Part shown: positions 50,339 to 58,901 of the stretch, piece after piece
Position numbering within the stretch: position 1 is the stretch's first letter
Layout: each line of letters starts with the position of its first letter
NCBI GenBank assembly: GCA_041661385.1
Contig: JBAZUP010000001.1
Coordinates: 576,907-640,906, forward strand
Direction: 5' to 3'
DNA length: 64,000 bases
DNA from: Patescibacteria group bacterium
Lineage (GTDB): Bacteria; Patescibacteriota; Patescibacteriia; Magasanikbacterales; GWA2-37-8
Notes under the pieces: model-generated
Told to the model about the DNA's origin: nothing
Database searches by the model: none
Seen by the model: only the letters and a program-made list of their open reading frames with translations
Position numbers and translations under genes: made by a program

Positions 50339-51370
50339 ATGATAGAAGAAAAAATGGATGAAGACCGACTCGTTGAACCTCACGCTGAAAAGGATGAAGT
50401 GGTTTTAGATTTAACCTTGCGCCCCCAGCATTTGGCCGATTTTGTTGGCCAAGAACAACTTAAACAAAATCTGCTTATTTCTATTCAAGCGGCTAAAAAG
50501 CGCAATGAAACCCTAGAACATGTGATGCTTGCCGGTAACCCCGGGCTCGGTAAAACCACTCTCGCAAATATCATTGCCCGTGAAATGGGATCCTCCATTA
50601 AAACCACTTCGGGCCCGGCTCTCGAAAAAGTTGGAGACCTTGCCGCTATTCTTTCCAATCTGCAAACTGGCGAAGTTTTATTTATCGATGAAATTCATCG
50701 AATGAATAAATCGATTGAAGAAGTACTTTATCCGGCTCTCGAAGATTACTCACTTGATATTATTCTCGGCAAAGGTCCGGCCGCTCGCACTATTCGATTA
50801 CCTTTAAATAAATTTACTTTGATTGGAGCTACCACTAAACTTGGTATGATTTCTAATCCGCTTCGCGATCGCTTCGGCCACACTTTCCACCTCAATTTTT
50901 ATGAACCTTCCGATATTGAAAAAATTATCAAACGCAATGCCGCGATTCTTGGAGTTTCTATTGATGAAGAATCTACCAAACTAATTTCTTCCCGCGCCCG
51001 CCGTACCCCCCGCATCGCCAACCGTCTTCTAAAACGCATCCGCGATGTTGCCGAAGTAAATGGCGATGGAAAAATTGATACCAAAATAACCAATACTTCT
51101 TTTGCCATGCTTGGCATTGATGAGTTTGGCTTAGACGATATCGATCGCCGTTTGCTTACGGCCGTAATCGAAAAGTTTTCGGGCGGACCGGTCGGACTAA
51201 ACACCATTGCCGCCTCGATTGCCGAGGAAATGGATGCGATTGAAACTATTTACGAACCCTACCTAATGCAAATGGGATTTTTAGAACGCACTCCGCGCGG
51301 TCGAAAAGCCACCACCCTCGCCTACACCCATCTCGGTTTCCCAACTCCCAAAGTTCAAACCTTATTATAA
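50339..51370 (+). CDS. ruvB: Holliday junction branch migration helicase RuvB
   Basis: Walker A GNPGLGKTTLA, sensor motifs and a winged-helix C-terminus. Confidence 0.9.
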   Translation: MIEEKMDEDRLVEPHAEKDEVVLDLTLRPQHLADFVGQEQLKQNLLISIQAAKKRNETLEHVMLAGNPGLGKTTLANIIAREMGSSIKTTSGPALEKVGDLAAILSNLQTGEVLFIDEIHRMNKSIEEVLYPALEDYSLDIILGKGPAARTIRLPLNKFTLIGATTKLGMISNPLRDRFGHTFHLNFYEPSDIEKIIKRNAAILGVSIDEESTKLISSRARRTPRIANRLLKRIRDVAEVNGDGKIDTKITNTSFAMLGIDEFGLDDIDRRLLTAVIEKFSGGPVGLNTIAASIAEEMDAIETIYEPYLMQMGFLERTPRGRKATTLAYTHLGFPTPKVQTLL

Positions 51371-51399
51371 ACTAAAACCCCGACTTTACGTCGGGGTTT

Positions 51400-54234
51400 T
51401 TATTTTACAATTACTTGCAAAGTACGCTCTTCAACTCTTCCATCCTTATCCTTCATCAGTCCGCGCAACCGATAGTTGCCGGCACTCGGAACTTTTTTCC
51501 AAATGAAGAATGTTTTTCCGTCCGCGTATGGATCATTATGATTAATAGTATAAATTAGTCTTTCATTTTGTCCGTCGGTACTTAAATAAACCTGAATATT
51601 TTCAATCATATCCCAGCGATACGGAGTCACACTAAACGGCCGCGGAAACTCGGCAACAGTAAGAGAAAGCGGTGTTGCGTCCGTCCATTCAAAACTAGCC
51701 GGATCAGGCGCTACATTAAGTAAAAATATAACCTCCTGCGATGTACTGTTTCCTTGGTCGTCAGAAACAATAACCTTAAGCTTGTGTTCTCCAGCACGAT
51801 AATTTGTAAGTTGAAGTGTAGTATCAAACGGATACGAATTTATTGTAGCAAGCGTAGTACCATCTACCATGTAAGCCACCTCCGACACCCCCCGCGGAGC
51901 GCTTACCTTAATTACGACCGGCATTTCTCGCGATGAAATCGCCTGCGATGGCAAAGGATTATAAATAGATAGGGTCGGAGCAAATTCATTAGTTTGAATA
52001 TTGTCATATTCGGTCGGTGGTTCTGAAAAAGAAATTGCCGTACCCGATGTTGATTGTCGCATGGCCCATTCTTGAACACCTTGTTCCCAAGCTTCATACT
52101 GCGGATCATCAGCTGGATTTGTCGGTGCCGGCCCTCTCGGATCATCTTTGTTTACATAATGCAAAATATCGTGCGGCAAAACAAATGTTTTCATGACGAT
52201 TAAATTTTCCGGTGTTGTTGATACGGCGATGCGACCGGTCATACTATCAATTGGCAAAGTCACTCCACCATCACTGCCTCGAAGTACCGGTTTGGTCGCG
52301 TCATTAATTGGCGGTTCTGGAAACCTTTCGGGAGTTGTTGATGCCAAAGCTTTTTTCATAAATTGATTCCAAATTGTACCGGCAAGCAAACTTCCACCGC
52401 CAAGCATCGGCGAAGGTTTTGTGTTTCCAACCCAAACACCGACCGCGAGTGTCGGCACATAGCCCATTGTCCAGGCATCTTTATTATCTTGAGTCGTACC
52501 AGTTTTTGCAGCGACCGGCCGGTCTCCCAAAACTAAAGTGCTGTTCGCGCCAAAAACATATTTCCTAGCTTCATTGTCAGAGAGAACACTACTAATCAAA
52601 GCGGCAAGTTCCGGCTTTACAGCCTCGGTACCCGGATCTTCTGTCCATTTATATAAAGTATTATTTTGATAATCAGTTACCTCTAAAATACTAACCGGCG
52701 CATGATAGACACCATTGTCGGCAAGGGTGGCATAAGCATTCGTGTGCTCAAGCGGACTGACTTCAGCACCACCTAAAACCAAACTTAAACCATAATCGCC
52801 GGTAAAAGTCGTATAACCGAAACGCTTCGCAAAATCAATTGTTTCCATTGAACCAACAAGATACATTGTTTTCACCGCCGGAATATTTAATGAACCCTGC
52901 AAGGCCTTTCTGAGTGTTACTAAACCGCGTTCTTTTCCGTCATAATCTTTTGGCGTATAAGTTTTGCCGTCGCGAGAATCAAAATTTGTTTTTACATCAT
53001 ATAAAACAGTTTCCGGAGTGAACCCTTTTTCAAATGCCGCCGTATAAACAAATGGCTTAAATGATGAGCCGGGTTGGCGCCGGCCAAGTACTGCAACATT
53101 AAACTGACCGTCAATTTCTTCATTATTAAAATCACGCGATCCGACCATGGTCAGAATCTGCGACGTCTTGGGGTCGATAGCAATCAGCGCGGCATTATTC
53201 GCTTTGGCAGTTTTTACATATTTATCACCTTGCTCTTTAACAATTTTTTCCGCCATGATTTGCTTATCATAATCAAGGGTTGTAATTACCTTTAACCCGC
53301 CCGTATCAATAGTATTTTCACCAAACTGATCGGCCAATAATTTTTTTACATACAAAACAAAATGCGGCGCGTCAAAAATACCGTTATTGCGATAAATGCG
53401 GAGCGCCTGTTCTTGAGCGGCTTTTTTTTGTTCTTCATTTATATAACCCTGTTCATTCATCAGCCGCAACACCAAATCTCGGCGGTTGCGAAGTGAATTT
53501 ACATCACTAAGATAACGGCTCGGCGCTTGTATCAGCGCGGCCAAAGTCGCGGACTCCGCCAAATTTAAATCTTTAGAGCTTTTATGAAAATAACTTTGTG
53601 AAGCCGCTTCAATACCATAATTTGTAGAGCCATAGGGAATATCGTTCAAATACAATTTAATAATCTCTTCTTTGGAATATTTCTTTTCGAGCTGTAATGC
53701 CAAAATCGCTTCTTTAATTTTACGGAAGTAGCTGTGCTCATTGCCAATGATGGTATTTTTAATTAATTGCTGGGTAAGCGTTGAAGCTCCGCCGCCGCCG
53801 CTTTTTCGGCCCAAAAAATTATTAACCGCCGCCCGGATAATACTCATGATTTTTACTCCGCTATGATTGTAAAAATCTTTATCTTCAATAGCAACTGTAG
53901 CCTGAACCGCGGCCGGAGCGATTTGGTCTAACTCTACGACTGTTCGTTTTTGATTTTGGTAAACCTCATATAACAAATGCTCACCGGTGCGGTCATAAAT
54001 CTTAGTACTTTGAATTACTTGCCGGTCCTTCAAATTATTCGGGTCGGGCAAATCACGACTAACCCAAATTACGACTCCGGTACCGACGATAAAACAAATT
54101 GCTACTCCCAATAACCCAAACTTTAATAAAGTAGACAACGAAAAAACGCGCGGTTTTTTGGGCCGCTCAGGTTTACCATCCTTTACATCGCCATAGACGC
54201 GAGTATTCCGGATTTTCAATTGGGAGATCGGCAT
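51400..54234 (-). CDS. Class A penicillin-binding protein (GT51 transglycosylase + transpeptidase) with a C-terminal extension of about 300 aa
   Basis: N-terminal TM, GT51 motifs, and SxxK/SxN/KTG-type transpeptidase motifs (KTGTTQD). Confidence 0.8.
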   Translation of the reverse strand: MPISQLKIRNTRVYGDVKDGKPERPKKPRVFSLSTLLKFGLLGVAICFIVGTGVVIWVSRDLPDPNNLKDRQVIQSTKIYDRTGEHLLYEVYQNQKRTVVELDQIAPAAVQATVAIEDKDFYNHSGVKIMSIIRAAVNNFLGRKSGGGGASTLTQQLIKNTIIGNEHSYFRKIKEAILALQLEKKYSKEEIIKLYLNDIPYGSTNYGIEAASQSYFHKSSKDLNLAESATLAALIQAPSRYLSDVNSLRNRRDLVLRLMNEQGYINEEQKKAAQEQALRIYRNNGIFDAPHFVLYVKKLLADQFGENTIDTGGLKVITTLDYDKQIMAEKIVKEQGDKYVKTAKANNAALIAIDPKTSQILTMVGSRDFNNEEIDGQFNVAVLGRRQPGSSFKPFVYTAAFEKGFTPETVLYDVKTNFDSRDGKTYTPKDYDGKERGLVTLRKALQGSLNIPAVKTMYLVGSMETIDFAKRFGYTTFTGDYGLSLVLGGAEVSPLEHTNAYATLADNGVYHAPVSILEVTDYQNNTLYKWTEDPGTEAVKPELAALISSVLSDNEARKYVFGANSTLVLGDRPVAAKTGTTQDNKDAWTMGYVPTLAVGVWVGNTKPSPMLGGGSLLAGTIWNQFMKKALASTTPERFPEPPINDATKPVLRGSDGGVTLPIDSMTGRIAVSTTPENLIVMKTFVLPHDILHYVNKDDPRGPAPTNPADDPQYEAWEQGVQEWAMRQSTSGTAISFSEPPTEYDNIQTNEFAPTLSIYNPLPSQAISSREMPVVIKVSAPRGVSEVAYMVDGTTLATINSYPFDTTLQLTNYRAGEHKLKVIVSDDQGNSTSQEVIFLLNVAPDPASFEWTDATPLSLTVAEFPRPFSVTPYRWDMIENIQVYLSTDGQNERLIYTINHNDPYADGKTFFIWKKVPSAGNYRLRGLMKDKDGRVEERTLQVIVK

Positions 54235-54239
54235 AAATT

Positions 54240-54320
54240 AAAATTTCCAAACCCCAATTTCCAATTACCAATTATTCGATTGACTTTGGTTATTGGGGAT
54301 TGGGGATTGGTCATTGGGAT
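54240..54320. repeat. Large imperfect palindrome (ccccaatttccaattaccaatta ... tggttattggggattggggattgg) in the divergent promoter region
   Basis: Read directly. Lies between the PBP1A start (minus strand) and the 3D-domain gene (plus strand). Confidence 0.6.
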
Positions 54321-54476
54321 TTAACATTTCATAAGTATACTCTACCCTTTTTGTCTTGACAATTCCACCCCTCCTTGATATACTCAGCCAGTTCAAATAC
54401 CCCATCAGGTATTTTTTCATTCCGGTGGAAAACGTAAATTTTTGGCTAATTTCAGCCAAACGTTAAAAATTAAATT

Positions 54477-54989
54477 GTGAATCCAAATCTAACTCAAAAC
54501 AATTATTCTCGCTTAAAAAATACCCTCAATTTAATCGCCGGGGCGATGTTGGTGTTCAATTTTTTGAATCCACACCTTGCTACCGCCCAAATTACTCAAG
54601 CTTCCGAAGTTCTTGAACCAACTATTAGCATAGAACCGGGCAGCCGTCTAAATCGACAAGCTGTGAAACCGAGAATTATTAAGGGCGTGATTACCGCTTA
54701 TACTTCTACCGCCGACCAAACCGATTCCAACCCTTTAATTACCGCTTCCGGAAAAAAAGTAAATGAATATACTATTGCGGGAAATGGCTTGCCGTTTGGT
54801 ACCGTCATAAAAATCCCTTCTTTATTTGGAGATAAGAAATTTATCGTAACCGATCGCATGAACAGTCGCTATGGATTCGGCCGGTTCGATATCTGGCTCA
54901 ACGCTTCCCGGGCTGAAGCACTAAAATTTGGCGTTAAAAAAGTCACCATAGAAATTTATTATCAAGAAACAGAACTAGCAGTAAAATAA
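54477..54989 (+). CDS. 3D-domain protein (MltA/YuiC-like cell-wall-binding/lytic domain) with N-terminal TM
   Basis: VITAYTS.ADQTDSNP...FIVTDRMNSRYGFGRFDIWL matches the 3D domain pattern. Confidence 0.6.
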   Translation: MNPNLTQNNYSRLKNTLNLIAGAMLVFNFLNPHLATAQITQASEVLEPTISIEPGSRLNRQAVKPRIIKGVITAYTSTADQTDSNPLITASGKKVNEYTIAGNGLPFGTVIKIPSLFGDKKFIVTDRMNSRYGFGRFDIWLNASRAEALKFGVKKVTIEIYYQETELAVK

Positions 54990-55030
54990 TTATTAGAAAA
55001 ACCGCCTTAAATGGCGGTTTTTTATTTAAA

Positions 55031-55381
55031 TTATTGAGGAAGAAACGCCCTAATCACTGTTTGAACAATACTATAAGAAAGAAATATTACGATCAATCCA
55101 ATAATTCCGTTCAACAACGTCTTTTTCGCTTTTTGAATATTTTCTTCCTTGCCGCCGGAAAATAAAAATGCTGCGCCGGCCTGAAGAATCACGAGCAAAA
55201 AAATTATTCCCACAAACCCAAGTGCGGTGCGGATTAATCTCGCGACGGTCATAATAATATCCGTATTAGCGAGACCGATAATATCCGCGGCATTATTCGC
55301 GCCTTTTTGTATAGCTGTCGCCCCATGGGCGGCATTTATTTTTTCCGTTGCCGTTACTACTGTTGAAGTTGTATCAATCAT
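55031..55381 (-). CDS. Divergent TrbC/VirB2-like small membrane protein (dispersed paralog without the WMTA motif)
   Basis: Two hydrophobic helices flanking FLFSGGKEENIQKAKK. Resembles the array members but has no obvious signal peptide. Confidence 0.35.
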   Translation of the reverse strand: MIDTTSTVVTATEKINAAHGATAIQKGANNAADIIGLANTDIIMTVARLIRTALGFVGIIFLLVILQAGAAFLFSGGKEENIQKAKKTLLNGIIGLIVIFLSYSIVQTVIRAFLPQ

Positions 55382-55485
55382 ATCTACTCACCTTAGCGCA
55401 TAACTAAGAATTATTCAAGACTTAATAATTATTAAAAAAATAAGGGCGCGACCTAATATCGGTCGCGCCCGGGTGCTGAATGTCT

Positions 55486-55656
55486 TCAGCGCTGTGCGGC
55501 GTTGCCTTGCGGCAACAGACAGTGGTTGTAAACTTCCAGGAATTCGAAGCCGTTCCGATTGAACACCCGCCCGCAAATCGGACACTGCATGTGGTTGCCT
55601 CCCGGATCACGGAAGGTGTGATTGCACGGAAGACTGATCAAACGCCGCTCCTCCAT
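55486..55656 (-). CDS. Small GC-rich Cys/His-containing (possible zinc-ribbon) protein, 56 aa (MEERRLISLPCNHTFRDPGGNHMQCPICGRVFNRNGFEFLEVYNHCLLPQGNAAQR)
   Basis: GGAGAGG RBS 5 nt upstream and a strong terminator hairpin GGGCGCGACC/GGTCGCGCCC + T-tract downstream. Local GC is about 57%. Below the ORF-track size cutoff. Confidence 0.4.
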   Translation of the reverse strand: MEERRLISLPCNHTFRDPGGNHMQCPICGRVFNRNGFEFLEVYNHCLLPQGNAAQR

Positions 55657-55733
55657 TTACCTCTCCTTTCGGGACCGGCATGGTCCAGACATTTCAACAC
55701 CCTAGCATTATTTTGAAGATATTTCAAGTCTTA

Positions 55734-57245
55734 TTAATCCGCCTTCGCCCTAAACTGCAAAGCCTCGGCTAGATGTTCAATTTTTATATCTTGTGAACCA
55801 GCGAGGTCCGCAATCGTCCGGCTTAATTTCAAAACCCGGTTATATCCGCGCGCCGACAAATGTAATTTCTCAACCGCCCCCCGAAGCAATTCAATCGATG
55901 CCTCGTCTAATTTACAAAATTCTTTTATTTCCTTATTCCCCATTTCACTATTGGTCCTCACATCTTTTCCTTTAAATCTTCCGTTTTGAATTTCTCGCGC
56001 CGCCTCTACTCTTTCCCGTACCTTGGCCGAGCCTTCTGCCAAATTTTCAGTTGAAAGTTTTTCAAACTGCACCCGCGGTACTTCTACATGCAAATCAATC
56101 CGGTCTAAGAGTGGCCCGCTAATTTTTTTCTGGTAACGGTCGAGCTGGCTCTGTGAACAAACGCACGGCTGGGTCGGATCGCTTTTGAATCCGCACGGAC
56201 AAGGGTTTTGGCTCGCAACCAAAATAAATCGCGCCGGAAAAGTCCAAGTGCCATTCGCACGCGACACCGTCACAATCCCGTCTTCCAGCGGTTGGCGCAA
56301 ACTTTCAATTACAAATCTTGGAAACTCGGGGAACTCATCGAGAAACAAAACGCCACGATGTGCCATAGAAATTTCTCCCGGCCTGGGAATCCGTCCCCCA
56401 CCGACCAAAGCCACTCCCGATGCCGTGTGGTGCGGAGCGCGAAAAGGCCGCTCGCTCACATATGATGATTCCAAAAGTCCGGCAACGGAATATATTTTAG
56501 TTACTTCCAAAATTTCCTCATTAGTCAAACGAGGAAGGATAGACGGCAAGGTTCTAGCAAGTAATGTTTTTCCAGATCCCGGCGGCCCGCTCATCAAAAT
56601 ATTATGACTGCCGCTCGCCGCAATTTCGAGCGCGCGCTTTGCGAACTCCTGTCCTTTTACATAGGCAAGATCAGCGGCATATTCTTCGTTCGAAAAAAGA
56701 ATTTTCGTTTCCGGAGTATAAGGAACAATCTGTTCAACACCGGATAAATGATTCATCAGTTGTCGTAAATTTTTTACCGGATAAATCGTGAGTTCACCGA
56801 CCAGGGCTGCTTCTGGCGCATCCTGTTCCGGAACAAAAAAATGTATAAACCCGCTTTCACGAGCGTACAATGCAAGTGATAACACCCCGGAAACATGCCG
56901 CACTTGCCCGTCCAATGATAACTCACCCACAATCATTGTTTCCTCAAGATTAAGCTTGATTTCTTCGGCGAGCGACACAATGCCGGCCGCCATTGCCAAG
57001 TCATAAATCGCACCTACCTTTGGCGTATCGGCAGGCGCGAGGTTAACCAAAATTCGAAAATTAAACGGATAAGAATAGTCCGAATTTTTCAAAGCAGCAT
57101 AAAGCCGGTCCTTTGCTTCTTTTATCGACGGGTCCGGCAGTCCGACTATATTAAAATTTGTTTGCCCCTTATGGATATCCACTTCCACCGTTACCGGCAC
57201 GCAATTCAAACCGATCACTGTCGCGGAAGCAAATTTAATAAACAT
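55734..57245 (-). CDS. YifB/ComM-family Mg-chelatase-like AAA+ ATPase
   Basis: Walker A SGPPGSGKT, an N-terminal Lon-like domain and a C-terminal ChlI domain. Confidence 0.85.
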   Translation of the reverse strand: MFIKFASATVIGLNCVPVTVEVDIHKGQTNFNIVGLPDPSIKEAKDRLYAALKNSDYSYPFNFRILVNLAPADTPKVGAIYDLAMAAGIVSLAEEIKLNLEETMIVGELSLDGQVRHVSGVLSLALYARESGFIHFFVPEQDAPEAALVGELTIYPVKNLRQLMNHLSGVEQIVPYTPETKILFSNEEYAADLAYVKGQEFAKRALEIAASGSHNILMSGPPGSGKTLLARTLPSILPRLTNEEILEVTKIYSVAGLLESSYVSERPFRAPHHTASGVALVGGGRIPRPGEISMAHRGVLFLDEFPEFPRFVIESLRQPLEDGIVTVSRANGTWTFPARFILVASQNPCPCGFKSDPTQPCVCSQSQLDRYQKKISGPLLDRIDLHVEVPRVQFEKLSTENLAEGSAKVRERVEAAREIQNGRFKGKDVRTNSEMGNKEIKEFCKLDEASIELLRGAVEKLHLSARGYNRVLKLSRTIADLAGSQDIKIEHLAEALQFRAKAD

Positions 57246-57305
57246 AAATCTATTAATTAAAAAACGAGAACATTTCAGCTCTCGTTTAGTTCAAAGTATT
57301 ATTTT

Positions 57306-57785
57306 TCATGTTTTTGTATTTTCCTGTTTCAATGAAGAAAAGTATAACACAAAACCAACAACAATGAAAATATCCGCGAGGTTGATAACACCGTTAAAGA
57401 TCCGAATGTAATCAATTGTATGGTTATAAACCAATCGATCTGCTAAATTTGAAAATGCGCCCACCAAAATTAAAACCAAACCAAATTTTAAACGTCTATC
57501 TTTGCCATCCGATGGCGTTTTTTCATTTAAGTAAAAAAAGTACAAAACTGCGGCAATAATAAATACCGTAAGCGCTACCACAACAAATTTCGGCATCACA
57601 ATACCAAACGCAATTCCTTTATTATAAAAAGGCTCCCAACCAAAATTCTTCCCAATAAGCAGCGGCTGAATCCAGTTGTGCGCCGCTTGCCATTTTAAAA
57701 ATCGGTCAGAAATTAAAAAAACCCCGCCAAGCAGTACATACCTGAACAGGGTTTTAAAATACATATTTTTATACTTCCTGAACAA
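57306..57785 (-). CDS. lspA: Lipoprotein signal peptidase II
   Basis: NKGIAFG and FNLADIFI aspartyl-peptidase motifs, with four TM helices. Confidence 0.75.
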   Translation of the reverse strand: MFRKYKNMYFKTLFRYVLLGGVFLISDRFLKWQAAHNWIQPLLIGKNFGWEPFYNKGIAFGIVMPKFVVVALTVFIIAAVLYFFYLNEKTPSDGKDRRLKFGLVLILVGAFSNLADRLVYNHTIDYIRIFNGVINLADIFIVVGFVLYFSSLKQENTKT

Positions 57786-58194
57786 TCGTCTTCTTACAGC
57801 TGATACAGGCGCTTGAAGTTGGCCTGGCCATCAATCTTTTCTCTTCAATCGTTTTTTTGCAGTATTTACAAACTCCATATTCACCTTCTTCAATCCGATC
57901 TAATGACGCTTCTACATCGCGAAATGATTTTTGCAAATCACTTTCGATTGAAAGGTTTGCTTCATAGTCCGCAACTTCAAGTGCGTTGTCTTCTTCACTG
58001 TTACCATAGTCAGGAAACTTCGCTTCTTTATCTTCTGAATCTTCACTGGTGCTATATTTAGCAAGTTCTTTTTCAAGGCGCGCTTTATCAGCGATCAAAA
58101 TGGCTTTCATCTTTTCAATGAACCCCTCGCTAAATTTACTATTGGCCGTTTTGGTCATAAAATCTTTAAATATACGAACCCTATTTAATAGCAA
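57769..58194 (-). CDS. DksA/TraR-family C4 zinc-finger regulator
   Basis: CKYCKKTIEEKRLMARPTSSACISCK C4 finger preceded by a coiled-coil. Confidence 0.7.
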   Translation of the reverse strand: MLLNRVRIFKDFMTKTANSKFSEGFIEKMKAILIADKARLEKELAKYSTSEDSEDKEAKFPDYGNSEEDNALEVADYEANLSIESDLQKSFRDVEASLDRIEEGEYGVCKYCKKTIEEKRLMARPTSSACISCKKTIVQEV

Positions 58195-58659
58195 GTATTC
58201 TACTCTTTAATTAATACAGTGTCAATCTTCAGCCTAAAATTAAAAAAAGATCTTAAGCAAAAAAAAACGGCGATAAAGCCATAGTTTTTAATTTATGCTC
58301 TCGCCGTTAATAGTTCTGTCGGGCGAGATGCATCCACCCGGAGGTGAATACTGTCATACACCGTGACAGCGTTAATATCTCCAACCGCTTGAAGGCATTT
58401 CCTCGGGGGTTCTAGAAAGCAAGCTTTCAGGACCCAAAATTTGAGGTTGCCACACAAGGAGATGGATTTGCCGCTGCTTTTCTCTATATTTGAGAGCAAC
58501 TGTAAATCCAGCTTTTATCCCTGAAACAAGGTAGTTGAATGAAATGTCCAAGTTGTCTATCAAAGAACAACATATTTAGTATAGCATATTTAAACGGTTT
58601 TGTCAAGACCCGAGGTTTTACGCTAAGATTAGCTTAAATATGCCCAAAAACGACCTTAA

Positions 58660-58870
58660 ATCTTAAATTCTTTGTCTATACTAGCCTATACAAACAGTAT
58701 TTAGGCTAAGATTAAATAAAAAGCTAACTACTGCTAAATAATTTATCCCCACATATGGTGACTTTTCCACACCTTTATCCACAGTTTGTCTATAATAGTG
58801 TATACAAACAAAACTATATGGCTAAATTCAGCCATTTAAAGTTTGTATAGACTATCTTGTACTTTTGATA
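58660..58870. repeat. Three copies (two direct, one inverted) of a 25-bp TTGTCTATA..TATACAAAC motif, plus smaller repeats, upstream of the LTD protein gene
   Basis: ttgtctatactagcctatacaaaca (about 58673), ttgtctataatagtgtatacaaaca (about 58786), and the inverted tttgtatagactatcttgtac (about 58841). Confidence 0.55.
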
Positions 58871-58901
58871 AACGGCCATATGTTGGCAGGAATGAGCATT
58901 T

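Noticed and set aside
50899-51207. 102-aa minus-strand ORF
   Set aside because: It is embedded antisense within ruvB.
54265-54459. 64-aa ORF ending ...SPIPNNQSQSNNW
   Set aside because: It is generated by the CCAAT-rich palindrome in the divergent promoter region and has no RBS or start context.
58293-58563. Minus-strand ORFs 58293-58499 and 58372-58563, and a possible ncRNA in the GC-richer patch at 58280-58560
   Set aside because: The ORFs have no RBS or homology cues. A few stems are visible, but I could not match RNase P, tmRNA or SRP signatures, so this was left uncalled.
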